Shown here one piece after another: positions 1 to 11,908 of a DNA stretch of 50,172 nucleotides (position 1 is the first letter of the stretch; the number at the start of each line of letters is the position of its first letter). Source of the DNA: Lenisia limosa (Eukaryota; Protista; Breviatea); assembly GCA_001655205.1 (NCBI GenBank), contig LPNZ01010759.1, positions 1 through 50,172 on the forward strand, in the 5' to 3' direction. The notes below the pieces were generated by a model, which worked only from the letters and a program-made list of their open reading frames with translations, ran no database searches and had not been told where the DNA came from. The position numbers were made by a program, and so were the translations under genes.

Positions 1-3000
1 GTACTTGTGCGTCAAGAAGAGGAACCTGGATGTCAGCGTGTTGACGGTATCAAGGGAGGGTTGGAAAACAGACCCATCTGAGATAGAGAGCACGAAATAC
101 GACTCAGGCTTCACTTTGGTTCCGGAAAGCATTGATAGTTGTCGAGGACTTATCAAGAAATAAAATCTTTTTTTGAACCGAAGTGAAGCCCTAAATAAGA
201 CCCTTAACCTAAATATGACCCAGTCTTAACGTGACTTCAGTCGGAAAGAATAACCCCCCCACACACACCTGATCTGACGAGCGGTCCATCTTTGCAGCGA
301 GTTCTCAATAGAAATGAAGTTCTTGAGGGACTTGGACATCTTGAGGCCTTGGATGTGGAGGTGTCCTGTTTGGGTGAGTCAGGTTTGAGTATTGAACACC
401 ACGATATGCTACTTAAGATATAAGATGATATTACAAATCCGTCTCTTTCTTCATGTATCGAACTGTGACATCCATTTTGGAACTACATGGCAGTGACGGT
501 TTTAGCCCCCCCCCCCCCCCCNNNNNNNNNNNNNNNNNNNNNNNNNNNNNNNNNNNNNNNNNNNNNNNNNNNNNNNNNNNNNNGGCCTCTGACTGGGCAA
601 GTTCGTTGTCCTGGTGGTTATATGGATGTGGATGGGGTGTGCCATGTTTTATAAGGCTACACAGGGCATACAAGCATGTGGAAATGGGAAGAAGAAGAGC
701 ATAACTGATCAGTTTAATAAAATCTCACCCCAGGTCTCAAGTATCATTTCATCCATTTGAAATGGTTTTGCTAATCCTGACTGCCCGCAGATTTCCAGCC
801 TACATGATGGGGGAACTTGAGGTCAACGCCGCCGGAGTGGATGTCAATGTTCTCTCCCAGGATGTTGCTGCAGTAGTTAATTAATCAGATTCAAGGTTGA
901 AGTCATAATCCTCAACTGATCTGTTTTCATCAAGACCTACAAAGAAGCTTTAGGTTTAGAAATTAGAAATGCAGTCAACCAGCTGATTCCCCATTGATGA
1001 AAGGACTTTATGAGAAGAGAAAAAAGAAGAGCAAGAGCAAATATGAAAACATATGCCCCCACCTAGCCATGGCAGAGCACTCGATATGCCACCCGGGACG
1101 GCCCTTAGCAAGGCCCTTAGGCTCCCACCAGGGTTCTCCGGGCTACTTCGGTCAGATCAAGAGAAGCAATCATGATAATCCCATTATATAGCAATGAGAA
1201 ATTAAAAATAAGTTTGTATCTGGCCGAAGCCATCCACACCATCACGCTTAGAAGAGATATTGGATTACAGTATAATATTAACTCACGCAATCAGTTGCCT
1301 TACAACTCTGTGCACACAGCTTTCTGCGCCTCCCCAGCAATGATAGAAAAATGTATCTCAATTTCACCCTCCAAATATCCTTGTAACTTTCTTTGCCACG
1401 CAAATATCGTGTAATGTTATTGCCATTCCCTTTAAAGCTTCAACAACAGATAATTTTCATCATGCCCCCCCCCCCCTCACCTTACTGGCCTTCCAAAGGG
1501 CAAAGTCAGCCTGGTTCTTCTTGGTTCCGAGGTTCTGGCTCAAGGCGCCTTCTCCTTCAGCTTGAAGGCCTATACGGTTAGGGACGGGGGGATTCATTCG
1601 AATTACTGAAGATGCTTACATTGGGATGGAAAATAGTAATGAGAAATAAAATACAAAAAAGGTTGTATCTCGCCGAAGCCGTCCACACTATCACGCTATT
1701 AGAGATATAGGATAATAATAATATTAATTCACCAATCATTTGCCTTAAAACTCTGTGCACACAGCTTTCTGCGTGCCTCCCCANNNNNNNNNNNNNNNNN
1801 NNNNNNNNNNNNNNNNNNNNNNNNNNNNNNNNNNNNNNNNNNNNNNNNNNNNNNNNNNNNNNNNNNNNNNNNNNNNNNNNNNNNNNNNNNNNNNNNNNNN
1901 NNNNNNNNNNNNNNNNNNNNNNNNNNNNNNNNNNNNNNNNNNNNNNNNNNCTCACACTCTCCATCCTCTGAGGGGGGGAGGGTAAGTTGGGAATATACGG
2001 TATGACTCAACCATCTTCAACAATAACAAAAATGAGTACCATGTTGAAAAACACACACACACACACACACACATACACACACAAGAACCATCAAACTACC
2101 TCCCACTGTTCTTGCGGGTCATGAACTCCTGGGTGTCGAAATAGACGGAGCCATTGGACTCATAAGCAAGACCGTTCTTGACAATCTGCAGCGTTGTTAG
2201 ACGGCCCAAGAGGAAAGGCAAGCATTTGTTGTATAATATACATATGATCTATACCAAGAGTAAGGAAATATACGCAACCTACTAACTACTACCAGACCAC
2301 ATCTGAATGCACTGATGGGAGGAATGGGTTGCTTATCAAGCGGAATCATACTTCCCCATTGAGAAAGAGGTTGTACTTGCTTAGATGCAATCGTCACGTT
2401 GATAAAAGCCAGCCTGATACGATACACAATCAGAGCACCAACCTGAAGAACGAATTCGCCGATCTCGTCAATGTACTCGGAAACACGAGTGATGGTGTGA
2501 GGGGGGCGGACCTGATGTGTCAGAGGTGCTACCATGGACAATGTCATACTCCCCCACATTAAGGTCCTTCATGTCTTTCCAGAAGGCAGCCTCGAAGCGA
2601 CGGGCCAACTCAACATGGTCTTCACCGCGTTCATTGGATCGGTTGATGATCTTGTCGTCAATGTCTGGGANNNNNNNNNNNNNNNNNNNNNNNNNNNNNN
2701 NNNNNNNNNNNNNNNNNNNNNNNNNNNNNNNNNNNNNNNNNNNNNNNNNNNNNNNNNNNNNNNNNNNNNNNNNNNNNNNNNNNNNNNNNNNNNNNNNNNN
2801 NNNNNNNNNNNNNNNNNNNNNNNNNNNNNNNNNNNNNNNNNNNNNNNNNNGGGGAGAGAGAGGAGAGAGAGGGAGAGAACGGATTTTTTCATATGTATAC
2901 CTGAGGGAAGATTGGAAGTTCGAAATCATCATAAAACAAAACCTACCACATACCACGCTCCCAATAAAACAAAACAAAACAAAGGAGGAGGGAAGCTTGA

Positions 3001-3507
3001 AATTCCTCAGAAATAAACACAAAAGAGGGATCTCATACAAGGAAGACAGGACCAAGACACAAATCCGGATAGTAAGTAGAGGTAAAGACTACTAAGATAT
3101 AACGAACCCCATTTAGCTGAGGGATAGCAACAGAAGATGACTTACCTGTGACATTCATGACCATGTGGATGTTAAATCCGAAATAGTCCTCCATAATGCG
3201 GCGAACAATGTCAAAGGAGACATAGTTTCTAAGCAAGGTTAAAAAACGAAAACATTAATATGGTGAAGCATACCTAGCGTGACCAATGTGGGAAACGTCG
3301 TAAACGGTAGGACCGCATGCATACCAGGTCACAATTCTGTCATTAGGAACGAAGGGAACCTGATAGATAATTAGTGAAGAAAGATTAAATAATTTTGATT
3401 ACTTTGTTCTTGGTAATAGTGTTAAGCACTTCAAGAGAAGGTAATCCAGTAACTTTGGAGGTCTCTGCAGGATTATTCCAGGGAACTTGATCTTCACGAC
3501 TGGCCAT
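1..3507 (-). CDS. CARS1: Cysteinyl-tRNA synthetase (cytosolic type), multi-exon, 3' end beyond the left edge of the window
   Basis: ATG at 3507. Spliced exons read [42 protein letters not shown] (HIGH motif), [102 protein letters not shown] and [17 protein letters not shown] (KMSKS motif). Part of one exon probably lies in the 522-582 gap. Confidence 0.97.
1212..1339 (-). ncRNA. Intronic structured RNA candidate, copy 1 (H/ACA snoRNA-like)
   Basis: Lies in the CysRS intron (about 1144-1481). Near-identical to 1661-1783 and 19199-19328. Has hairpin GCGCAG-AAAG-CTGTGT, internal ATATTA (ANANNA), a 3' stem ATCCAATATC/GATGGTGTGGAT, and ACA followed by 3 nt. Confidence 0.55.
1661..1783 (-). ncRNA. 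Intronic structured RNA candidate, copy 2 (5' end cut by a gap)
   Basis: Lies in the next CysRS intron (about 1570-1956). Same conserved blocks; substitutions in the 3' stem keep pairing (T-G becomes T-A; ATCTC/GAGAT). Confidence 0.55.
2049..2082. repeat. (CA)n microsatellite in a CysRS intron
   Basis: Directly visible ACACAC run with one interruption. Confidence 0.85.
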
Positions 3508-3827
3508 CTTGTAAATTTCGTCAGTATACTAACTGAGTCTGCACTGACGAACTCAAAAACAACAATAGGAGAGGAAAAAACTTTGGGAAAGTGCAAAATA
3601 AACAAAAACCCTTGTGCGGCGACCGGCGGGCATTGGAAAATTTCCTCCGAAAAACCCGAAAACAAATTCACAACACTGCCTCTCTGTTATTATCAAAATA
3701 TAGGTAACAACAACACAAAAACTTAATTGCAACTTCACAACTATTGCGAATATATCTGAACAATTGTTACACATACAAAGATGATTGTCTTAACTTGATT
3801 ACTTGAAGAGATCATTGTAATATCGCA

Positions 3828-6800
3828 ATGCTTTATTGGCTGGTTATTTTGGTCACTTCCCTGGCGTTAACCCAAGGATTTCTTAGGTAGGAGGGAATCG
3901 TGTTTGCATTATTGAGTATTCAAGGAAGCATATGTTTATTTATATAGATAGATATATATTCTTACTGTGCTGGTATTTGGAGTAACAGCCTTTCACCCAT
4001 ACTTGTGCTACAACCCTGATATCTTAGTGTGAACTTGCAAGGGTCATCCCATGTTGATACGCTCACGGTCGGGTCTTTGCATATCTCAGGTATGTCTTTG
4101 CATATCCCAGGTATCATGGGATTGATGGCGGTTTAAAAAACGAAGAGCAATTCCTCATTGGAGCAATTATCAAGAAAGTTATTTTTCTCGGACAAATGCA
4201 CAACCTAGTGGAAGGGTCCATCCATTTCCACCCCCTAATAGTTTAGAGTCAACCCTTGAAGCGTGTACTTTGGGACAGGTAAGCTGGGAAACTAAGTTGG
4301 TCCATGGAGGTTGATGATTTTTCACGACAACTCTCGTGAGAACTTAAATTTACCATGTTTCTTTTCTCTAAATATTACCGCTAAACATAAACAATATTTC
4401 AAAATATGCCAGTCGAACAGGTTCAGTAGTCATTGAGAAAGGCAGGACGAAAACAACTCGCTCCACAAAAGCCCTCTTCGTATATGAGCACTGGATCATT
4501 ATAAAACATTGTAAATAATCACAAAAGCTTATGATCTTCAGAGTTGGACTCAAACTCGATTTTTAAAAGATGACACTCGGAACCTCATCCTTCAACCCTC
4601 GAATATTCTTATGATTAGAGTAGCTACAAAACTATGTATTTTTTTTTGCGAATTGGAGTTTTGGCTGAACTTTTGGGGCAGTGTCACCTCGGATCCCCAT
4701 CTAGTGATCAATTTACCTCCATGGTTAGTCAAAAGATTGAAATAGTTGACTTGCGGGAACCAGATCTACCTTGGTCTTCGATAAATATCGATATTACACA
4801 ATCCTGTTTACACTCTCGTATAGCGCATTTATTCCAGCAGATTAGTTTCACCACAGCCCGTGGACACGTCTTCTGCGCAGACGTGGCCGGCTCACCAACC
4901 TGGCTTTCTGTTGCCGATGTTGCCAAGACCGAGTCTATAAAGGAGTTTGAGGGGGCAAACCCGTTTTAAAGGGGGGTGGGGCAAAAAAAGGCGGGATGGC
5001 TGAGTATATGAGAAAAACGGAAAGAGCAGTAACAGAAGGAGCATAGGAAAGCCTTTGCTATTCACTCTGAACCCCGTTTACTCCACTACCCCATTCACCC
5101 ATACCTCCCAGAATTGAAGCCGATCGTTACCTCTGCCCGGGTTCATTGGAACGTCCTGTCGGCCAGTGCAGTGATATCCCACATGAGGTTTGGTTTGGTG
5201 ACCATCCGTTTGAAAGCAAATTAGAGGCATTTAACGGAGATATTCTGCTCTTTAATACGATGATACTACCCTTTTTCATTTGTCATTTCTTTTCTATAAG
5301 CCTGGATGGCTGATAGTGTGTATGGATTGTTTAGTGCTGCTGGCTGCTTAATCATATTGCCCTCTCATGTGTTCAGTATTGAAATATTACCATATCGCGC
5401 TGTTGTCCTGTGACCTTTTTAGTGTCTCAAGGAGGATGACATTTATCATTTCGTGAACTACACTGCAAACTCGATCTATAGCAGAGCGTAGGGGTGAAGC
5501 AGTCTTCAATATTTGAGAATTATGGATATAGCGTCCGTTCAAAATTCTGTATTTTTCAGTAATTATTGTTTTAAAGATAATTATATTTAAAGCATAAACA
5601 ACAAAAAAACTAGAATTACTGAATAAACCCGAATTTTGAACGGCAGCGTGTGATAAAATGTGATACACTATATCAGAAATAATAAGATATTATAACCATA
5701 AATAGCATATGATACTCTACTAGAGTAGATATTTTCTTCATCAAGTATCCTCTTTTTGATGTTTTGTCCTTTGTGCTCTCAACCACCGTTTACGAATTTT
5801 TCACTCCTTAGGTGCGGAATCACACAGACTTTAGACGAGTGAGTTTAGTTCATGTGGTGTACTATTTACCTTGAAATGCTTTTTCACTATATCTATTATT
5901 CTGGAGGGTCTAAAGCCAGATAGTTGTGAGACTAATGTTAAACAATATTCTTCTGGAACCCAAATCACTATTTCAACATGTTCTATTTTTATGAAACTTC
6001 TATTTTTATGAAACATCATTGCATAGTGTCAAACCAACATGTATCGTTGTGTGACCCTGTAGAATGACGATCATCTTTGGCGGCTTCACCTCTCCCGGAC
6101 CAAGTTTTGTTGATCGCTCTGGTATCACAAAAATATACTTCCCCGATAACAACTCCCAGGTTCGGGGTGCTGCACTTCATGTTGTCTTTGTGTATTTCCC
6201 TGGTTGTTCACACTTACGCTGGAAGTAGTTAAGTGTTTATTTGAGGGGGGATTTATACACTTGGATTTGTTCTCATAATCTCCAATACCACAAACCCCTC
6301 TCTCTTTCTCTCTTGTCAAATGATGAACACCATTTATTTGAGGGGGGGGGGGGGGGNNNNNNNNNNNNNNNNNNNNNNNNNNNNNNNNNNNNNNNNNNNN
6401 NNNNNNNNNNNNNNNNNNNNNNNNNNNNNNNNNNNNNNNNNNNNNNNNNNNNNCGGATCAATATTGTTGAAAAGTTGACAGCAAAGGACATTCTTAGGGG
6501 AGGCAAGGGAGTTTTGGGGGTTTCCCTTTTTTCATTACCCCTCCCCCCACACAGTCAAGCTCCGTGACAGTGACGGCTCCGATTCCCTTCAAGCGAGTTA
6601 GCGGCACAGTTACCATCAGTCTCATCCCTGGGGGTTCAGACCATCCTGATTTCAATTGCGGTATGTTGTAATGATTAAGTGTGATGGTTGGGCAATATTA
6701 GCCGGGTACAAGTTCAGTATCCTTTTGCATATGATATGAATTATTTATTTGTTTATTTTTAAATAAGTATTGATACTGTTGGCTTCTGCCATGGGTCTAT

Positions 6801-7399
6801 TAACTTGGGATATCTTGAGGAACAAGAAGTAATCCCCCAGAAACTGTCGTTAAGAACCCGCTGACATGGAGTACGAAGTCATGTGCCACGTCATCGGGCT
6901 CCTTTGCTTTCGGCGTTGTTGGTGAGGAGGATCTTATCTATTATCATGCATATCTGTGTTATTTAGGCAGTTTTTGTTTTATTAGCCAATCTTTTCAATT
7001 TTTCTGGTTTCTTTTCTTGGCAATGTGAGAGAGTCTGGGAACATGAAATTTGAAGATTAGAACGGGCTATTTAACTCTCATTTATGTAGGTGAGAACCTT
7101 CTACCCTTCCCCAACACTGCCAATTTCATTAGTACTTCATACCGGGTATGCTGGTGTGTCTTTTTTGGGGGGAATAGCTGATGGTTAGGTATTCAAGAAT
7201 TCAAATTTGTTTTTTTGAAAATATCAAAATCTGTGATTCCGATTTCTTGGATCAACGGGTGACAATGCAGTCGCACACATGGTCGGTTGATAGGAGCTAC
7301 ACGGCCGAGCAGTTGAAGCTCCATTTCTTGAGCGAGCAAGCAGGAAGCGGCGGTAATGCTGAGAGATACGATCTCGTAATGGAGCTCAAGTTCGAATAA
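3828..7399 (+). CDS. Uncharacterised secreted protein, multi-exon, several cysteines
   Basis: ATG at 3828 followed by the signal-peptide-like MLYWLVILVTSLALTQGFL. GT-AG exons read VNLQGSSHVDTLTVGSLHIS, IEADRYLCPGSLERPVGQCSDIPHE, CLKEDDIYHFVNYTANSIYSR, VTAPIPFKRVSGTVTISLIPGGSDHPDFNC and ETVVKNPLTWSTKSCATSSGSFAFGVV. Last exon ends ..RYDLVMELKFE* at 7399. Some internal junctions are unresolved. Confidence 0.65.
4074..4115 (+). repeat. 21-bp tandem duplication spanning a splice donor
   Basis: TCTTTGCATATCTCAGGTATG followed by TCTTTGCATATCCCAGGTATC. Confidence 0.85.
5589..5644. repeat. Dispersed AT-rich repeat, copy A (related to 9042-9100)
   Basis: AAAGCATAAACAACAAAAAAACTAGAATTACTGAATAAACCCGAATTTTGAACGGC aligns with AAAACATAAACAAGAAAAAAAAAGCAGAATTACCGAAAATACTAGAATTTTGAATGGC. 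Confidence 0.6.
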
Positions 7400-7692
7400 T
7401 CTGCTTCATTGTATATCGATATGTATTTGTATTTGATTTGTGAAATGAACTATTCAAGCATCAAACTCTCATTCAATCATCCCACCCTTGGATTGGGGGG
7501 GGGGGGGNNNNNNNNNNNNNNNNNNNNNNNNNNNNNNNNNNNNNNNNNNNNNNNNNNNNNNNNNTTGCGCGTGCGCAAATTAGAAAGGGTTTCTCACACT
7601 TACAACCCAGACGAAGAAACGCTCTTAATTCCCATCATACATATTGCACCTCGAAGCAAGAGACTTCACAGCTTCGTTATTAATTACTAATA

Positions 7693-9834
7693 ATGTTTAG
7701 AATGCTTCTTTCAGGCAATCTAAGAGCTAAAATGCTACCATTATTACCTGTGACGCTTCCTAAGACAGCAAGGTTACCATTATCCTGCTTCCAACCTTTC
7801 TTAGAGCCTCTCCAAGCCGCTTCTCCTCGCCTTCTGTCCTCATCTTGGGTCGGCAGATCTATGTATCCCACGATTCGCCAAAGCAGCGTACAGTTTACCT
7901 CCTCCCGCCTCTGCCACATGTCATACAAAAGTGCTACCCCCCCTCTGATCAAGAGAGGTCTGGTCCATTTCCGTCAGTATTCGTAGGAGGGAATTTTCTT
8001 TAAAAGGGCGCAGGTCTTGTGTTTATTTTTTTAATGTTACAGGGTAATTTTACTCTTTATTCAATTCCCCAAATTCGATTAAAACTTGTGGTGTTTTGTC
8101 AATGTTCAGTATTCTAAACAATTATACAAAATCCAAATATAAAATATCAATTGGGAATAAACAAAAACATTTTCCAGAGAAAAATTCCAGATTCCCCCTG
8201 ATTCCAGATTCTTTCCGGATTCCAGATTCCAGATTTACCTTTCACCCTTTGGAAATAATACTGTCATACGAACAAAGTCATACATTTGGCATGTTGTTAC
8301 AATATTGGCTAAGAGGTGTAAAAATTGAAAATTTATGATTTTGTTTTTACGCGTAAACCGATGTATTTTTTACAATTGACCTCCTTGTCAACATTTTTTT
8401 TTTTGTTGTTGTTCTTTTTAACAAGAAATCTCATCTCGCAGAGCAGCAGCACCAAAGCCACCAATCACCTTGAAGGAAATCATTAAATTGGGACCGTAAG
8501 AGGAGATGGTAGCTTTTTTTGAGGTAAAACCAATATTGTTATTATACTTACATATCGATATGAAAAACATTGTTGAAGGTTATACGTGTTATTATTACAC
8601 GTTGATTGGTTATTTACTATACAGTTCGGCTATGACGTTCAGTTACATGCTGTCGTTCACGACAATTGGGCTTTTCTTCTCCCTGGCACACTTTGGTCTC
8701 CCAATAGATTGGACCAATAAAATTGTGAGGGGGGGGGGTATTCAAAATTTGTTGTTTTTTTTATAGAAGACTCTCTCTTTTTTTTGAGAAAAATAAGTCT
8801 AAGATATATTGTGTTTATTTCGCAAAGTCATATAATCTTGACTTTGGTCACCGGGTGATTTGTTTTCATTTTCATTTCAAAAGTCAGTTTCAAATTCTTG
8901 TCACAGTTAAATATTTGGGATGCGTAAAGCTCTCACCTAAGAAGCCCAAACTTTTAACGTTGAATCCCTTTTTGAAGCCTATTTAATAAATATTAATTCT
9001 AAAGAGATATTCTGGATAACAAATAATAAATATTATAATTCAAAACATAAACAAGAAAAAAAAAGCAGAATTACCGAAAATACTAGAATTTTGAATGGCC
9101 ACATAGTAAAATATTACATGATATGCATATTATGTTGTATATTATATGATATCATATTGTATACACACTACAAACAATTATACCATATCGATATGATGAT
9201 ATGTATTCCGTGTACGTGATGTTGTTGAATGTATTAGCCTGATGCCATCTTTTATTGTCCCTTTTCTACATGTGTTATGCATACCATATCATGGAATTGT
9301 AGTATAGCTCCAAACCCTTTACCCTTAAAACATGGTGTAAGTTCTAAACCTCAAATACAAAAGAAACTGGGGATATCAAAATTGGAGGTGTTTGGTTAAC
9401 CCTCTAGCTCGGGCCCAACCTGAACGACCGAATGTTGAAGACGGTGAAGGGGTGGAAGTGGACCAGAAACGTTGATGAAAAGACGATATTTAACCTTGCT
9501 TTTGGTAGGCATGGTTGATGCAAATCGACAAGCTACATTTTAAGAGTATTTGAAGGTGGAGTGTCCCCGTTGTCATTTTTTATTGAAGCCCTTATCTGTT
9601 TTGTTCATTTCCTTTTCTCTCTTAAGATTGTTTTTTTTTTTTTTTTTTNNNNNNNNNNNNNNNNNNNNNNNNNNNNNNNNNNNNNNNNNNNNNNNNNNNN
9701 NNNNNNNNNNNNNNNNNNNNNNNNNNNNNNNNNNNNNNNNNNNNNNNNNNNNNTACATTGTTATTCGATACGCGCGACCGGTGGACACCTTCTTCCGTTC
9801 AATAGGCGGGAAATTGATCAGGAAAATAAAGTGA
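7693..9834 (+). CDS. Probable mitochondrial membrane protein, FAM210/DUF1279-like
   Basis: Exon 1 is an Arg/Ser/Leu-rich, acid-poor presequence (MFRMLLSGNLRAK..RQYS). Phase-consistent exons follow: AAAPKPPITLKEIIKLGPSAMTFSYMLSFTTIGLFFSLAHFG, LGPNLNDRMLKTVKGWKWTRNVDEKTIFNLAF and ..YIVIRYARPVDTFFRSIGGKLIRKIK*. The family call rests on layout only; one exon is probably partly in the 9649-9753 gap. Confidence 0.5.
8172..8235. repeat. Degenerate ATTCCAG heptamer repeats in intron 1 of the FAM210-like gene
   Basis: TTCCAGA/ATTCCAG recurs about 6 times within 65 bp. Confidence 0.7.
9042..9100. repeat. Dispersed AT-rich repeat, copy B
   Basis: Homologous to 5589-5644, same orientation, in an intron of a different gene. 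Confidence 0.6.
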
Positions 9835-10027
9835 CTTAAGGAATTGCTTATGGTATTAGGGTATTTATTTATGAATTGTGTTGTATGACAGAAATTAGGA
9901 TTCAAAATTTACAGTGATATTTCCCACATATTTCGCTTGGTCTTTTGAGGTAATATGCACTCACTTGATAAATATAATATCATATGATGGTAGAGAATCA
10001 ATGTTATAACTGTCCATTCAGAGATGT

Positions 10028-10225
10028 TAATTAGAAGTCGGTGCAATAAAAAAAATTTCAGAAATTAATTTCAATTATTTTTTTGGGCCAATTAATTTTA
10101 AATTAATTTTAAGTACTAGGTTTGCTTGTTCAAAATGAAAGAGGGGACAAATGATTGAATATTAATTCAATTACCAAAAAAAAAACATTTTAATTCAAAT
10201 AATTAATTGCACCGACTTCTAATTA
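10028..10225. mobile_element. Tc1/mariner-type MITE, about 198 bp including the flanking TA dinucleotides
   Basis: Perfect 20-bp inverted repeat TAATTAGAAGTCGGTGCAAT (10028-10047) / ATTGCACCGACTTCTAATTA (10206-10225), with TA at both outer ends and an AT-rich non-coding interior. The TIR resembles mariner ends (TTAGGTTGGTGCAA-like). Confidence 0.75.
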
Positions 10226-10387
10226 CTTCAAATTCTGTAGACCAACACCATCACGTTGTGATAATCAGAAACCCCAGGGAGCAAGAGACATTCTGATGGG
10301 AGCCCTCTTCAATAAATAAAATAATGTATTCAGCAATACAACTATACAGAGTTTCACTATCTAATGACATAAGAACATACTACAAGG

Positions 10388-11908
10388 TTAAGGCTCATCC
10401 TCAGCAGCCATGTACACCTCATAGTCCTGTATCCTCTCCTGCTTCTCCTTAGCAAAGCGGCGCTTCCTTGAGTCCTTCAGTTGTTGCTTGCGTTGTTTGC
10501 CGGATAGCGACGACCGTCTACATATGTCAGGAATGAACAAAGGTGATGGTAGCGCAGACAATATCATCTAAGACACAATCACATCTTGCAAATCTGAAAA
10601 ATGTGTTAAGAAAATGAATAAATTGGAATATTAGTTTGAAATAATATCCCCATGATAAAGAGGCATATCAAATCATGATAGTCATTGTCACCCACTTAGG
10701 TTTGTGATCATTTGTTGGAGGGCTTCTACTTCTTGTTCGAAGGTCTTTAGAGCCATTCGATGAACGTTCGCGACTATTTCTAGTTGGTTCAGTGACAGAT
10801 TTCACCTCTTCGGTGTCGGACAGTGCTTCATCTTCATCCTCGGCTTTGTCCGAATCTGAAAATTGTCAATAAACCATGAAAAAAGTGGGAATAGGAGTCC
10901 AATTTTTGGTAAATAGACATTATGATACATATCTATATTTGCATATATCAAATATAAAAACCAACATATCCAGACGCTCCTTGACCTCCCCCCCACACGA
11001 ACCTGATGTATCTTGATCTTGCGTGAACCACAGTGGTTGGGCCCTTTCAAGAGCAGTGAATCCCTCAGTGTAGAACATATCACAGAGATCAGTGCGGGTC
11101 TCACGGTCCCATATCAACAGGTCCTCAATGTGGAACTGGCGTATACGATGCATCTGTGGGGTTAGAAATTACAGGTGATAATACAAAATTGAAGAAACTA
11201 AATAGCCTCCACATCACTTCCTCATAGAATTACAAAATTGTCACAACAATTAAGAATTATATATCATATGAAGACACTCAACTGTATGCTATATCCGGTA
11301 CTGAAAGATATGAAGAGGTTTTGTAAAGACACAGAGTTATCAGTGAAAAGAAAGATGCCCCCCGCCCCATACTGGGATTGCCTCGTTGTCAAACTCTTCC
11401 AATCTCATAAACCGAAGTCCCAGGAATCTCTAAATAAATAATAAGAGAAATGAAAAAGAGAAACCAAAGGAAAAAAAATATAATCCAAAGATTTGCCACC
11501 TTTCAGCATGTAGATTATATCATTTTATTTTGAAAGAACCTCAGCCAAAAAAGGGGTGTTCAATTATGGAATCAAATAAGCTCTTTGAAACCCCTCCCAC
11601 GTCTTCATAGCCGACCCATAGCTCCTGGGTGTTGAAGACCCGGTCCCAAGCCAAGCGTTTTATCACCTCATGCGCTGGCACGTGGCGTTTCTAACCTGGT
11701 AAAGTGGCTGAAGTGTTGACCACAAAGTAAGTGTCAAGACAAGGAAGAAGTTAGTGATATGAGGTATTTCCAAATAAAACACCTTTGTCAGTATCCATTC
11801 TAAAATAGTAGAAAGATGACATACTACATGACATGACAGGAACACAAAGCTTGTTGAAGATACAGACAGATGGAGGCTTACCTTTAGTTCGGATGATGCT
11901 GACGACAT
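10388..11908 (-). CDS. MJ1316 (DUF504)/LENG9-like putative RNA cyclic-end recognition domain protein
   Basis: Spliced sequence: MSSASSELK|KRHVPAHEVIKRLAWDRVFNTQELWVGYED|RFLGLRFMRLEEFDNEAIP|MHRIRQFHIEDLLIWDRETRTD. This matches the MJ1316 pattern I.W....GYEDRF.G...IP.HRI..F...WDR..R.D. An acidic then basic tail ends ..YMAAEDEP*. Confidence 0.82.

Noticed and set aside
880-935. Possible box C/D snoRNA (TTGATGA..CTGA) in a CysRS intron, minus strand
   Set aside because: Only about 50 nt long, no terminal stem, overlaps the branch-point region, and no recognisable rRNA complement.
1212-1783. Conserved element as a coding exon or as a known snRNA, 5S, SRP or SECIS RNA
   Set aside because: A 2-nt indel and stops differ between copies. 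Only short chance matches to U6atac, U11 and U12 from memory; no clear Sm site, Pol III boxes or SECIS GA quartet.
4800-4969. ORF ending ..EGANPF* as a separate gene end
   Set aside because: Further coherent exons follow (5107 to 7399), so the stop is probably intron read-through.
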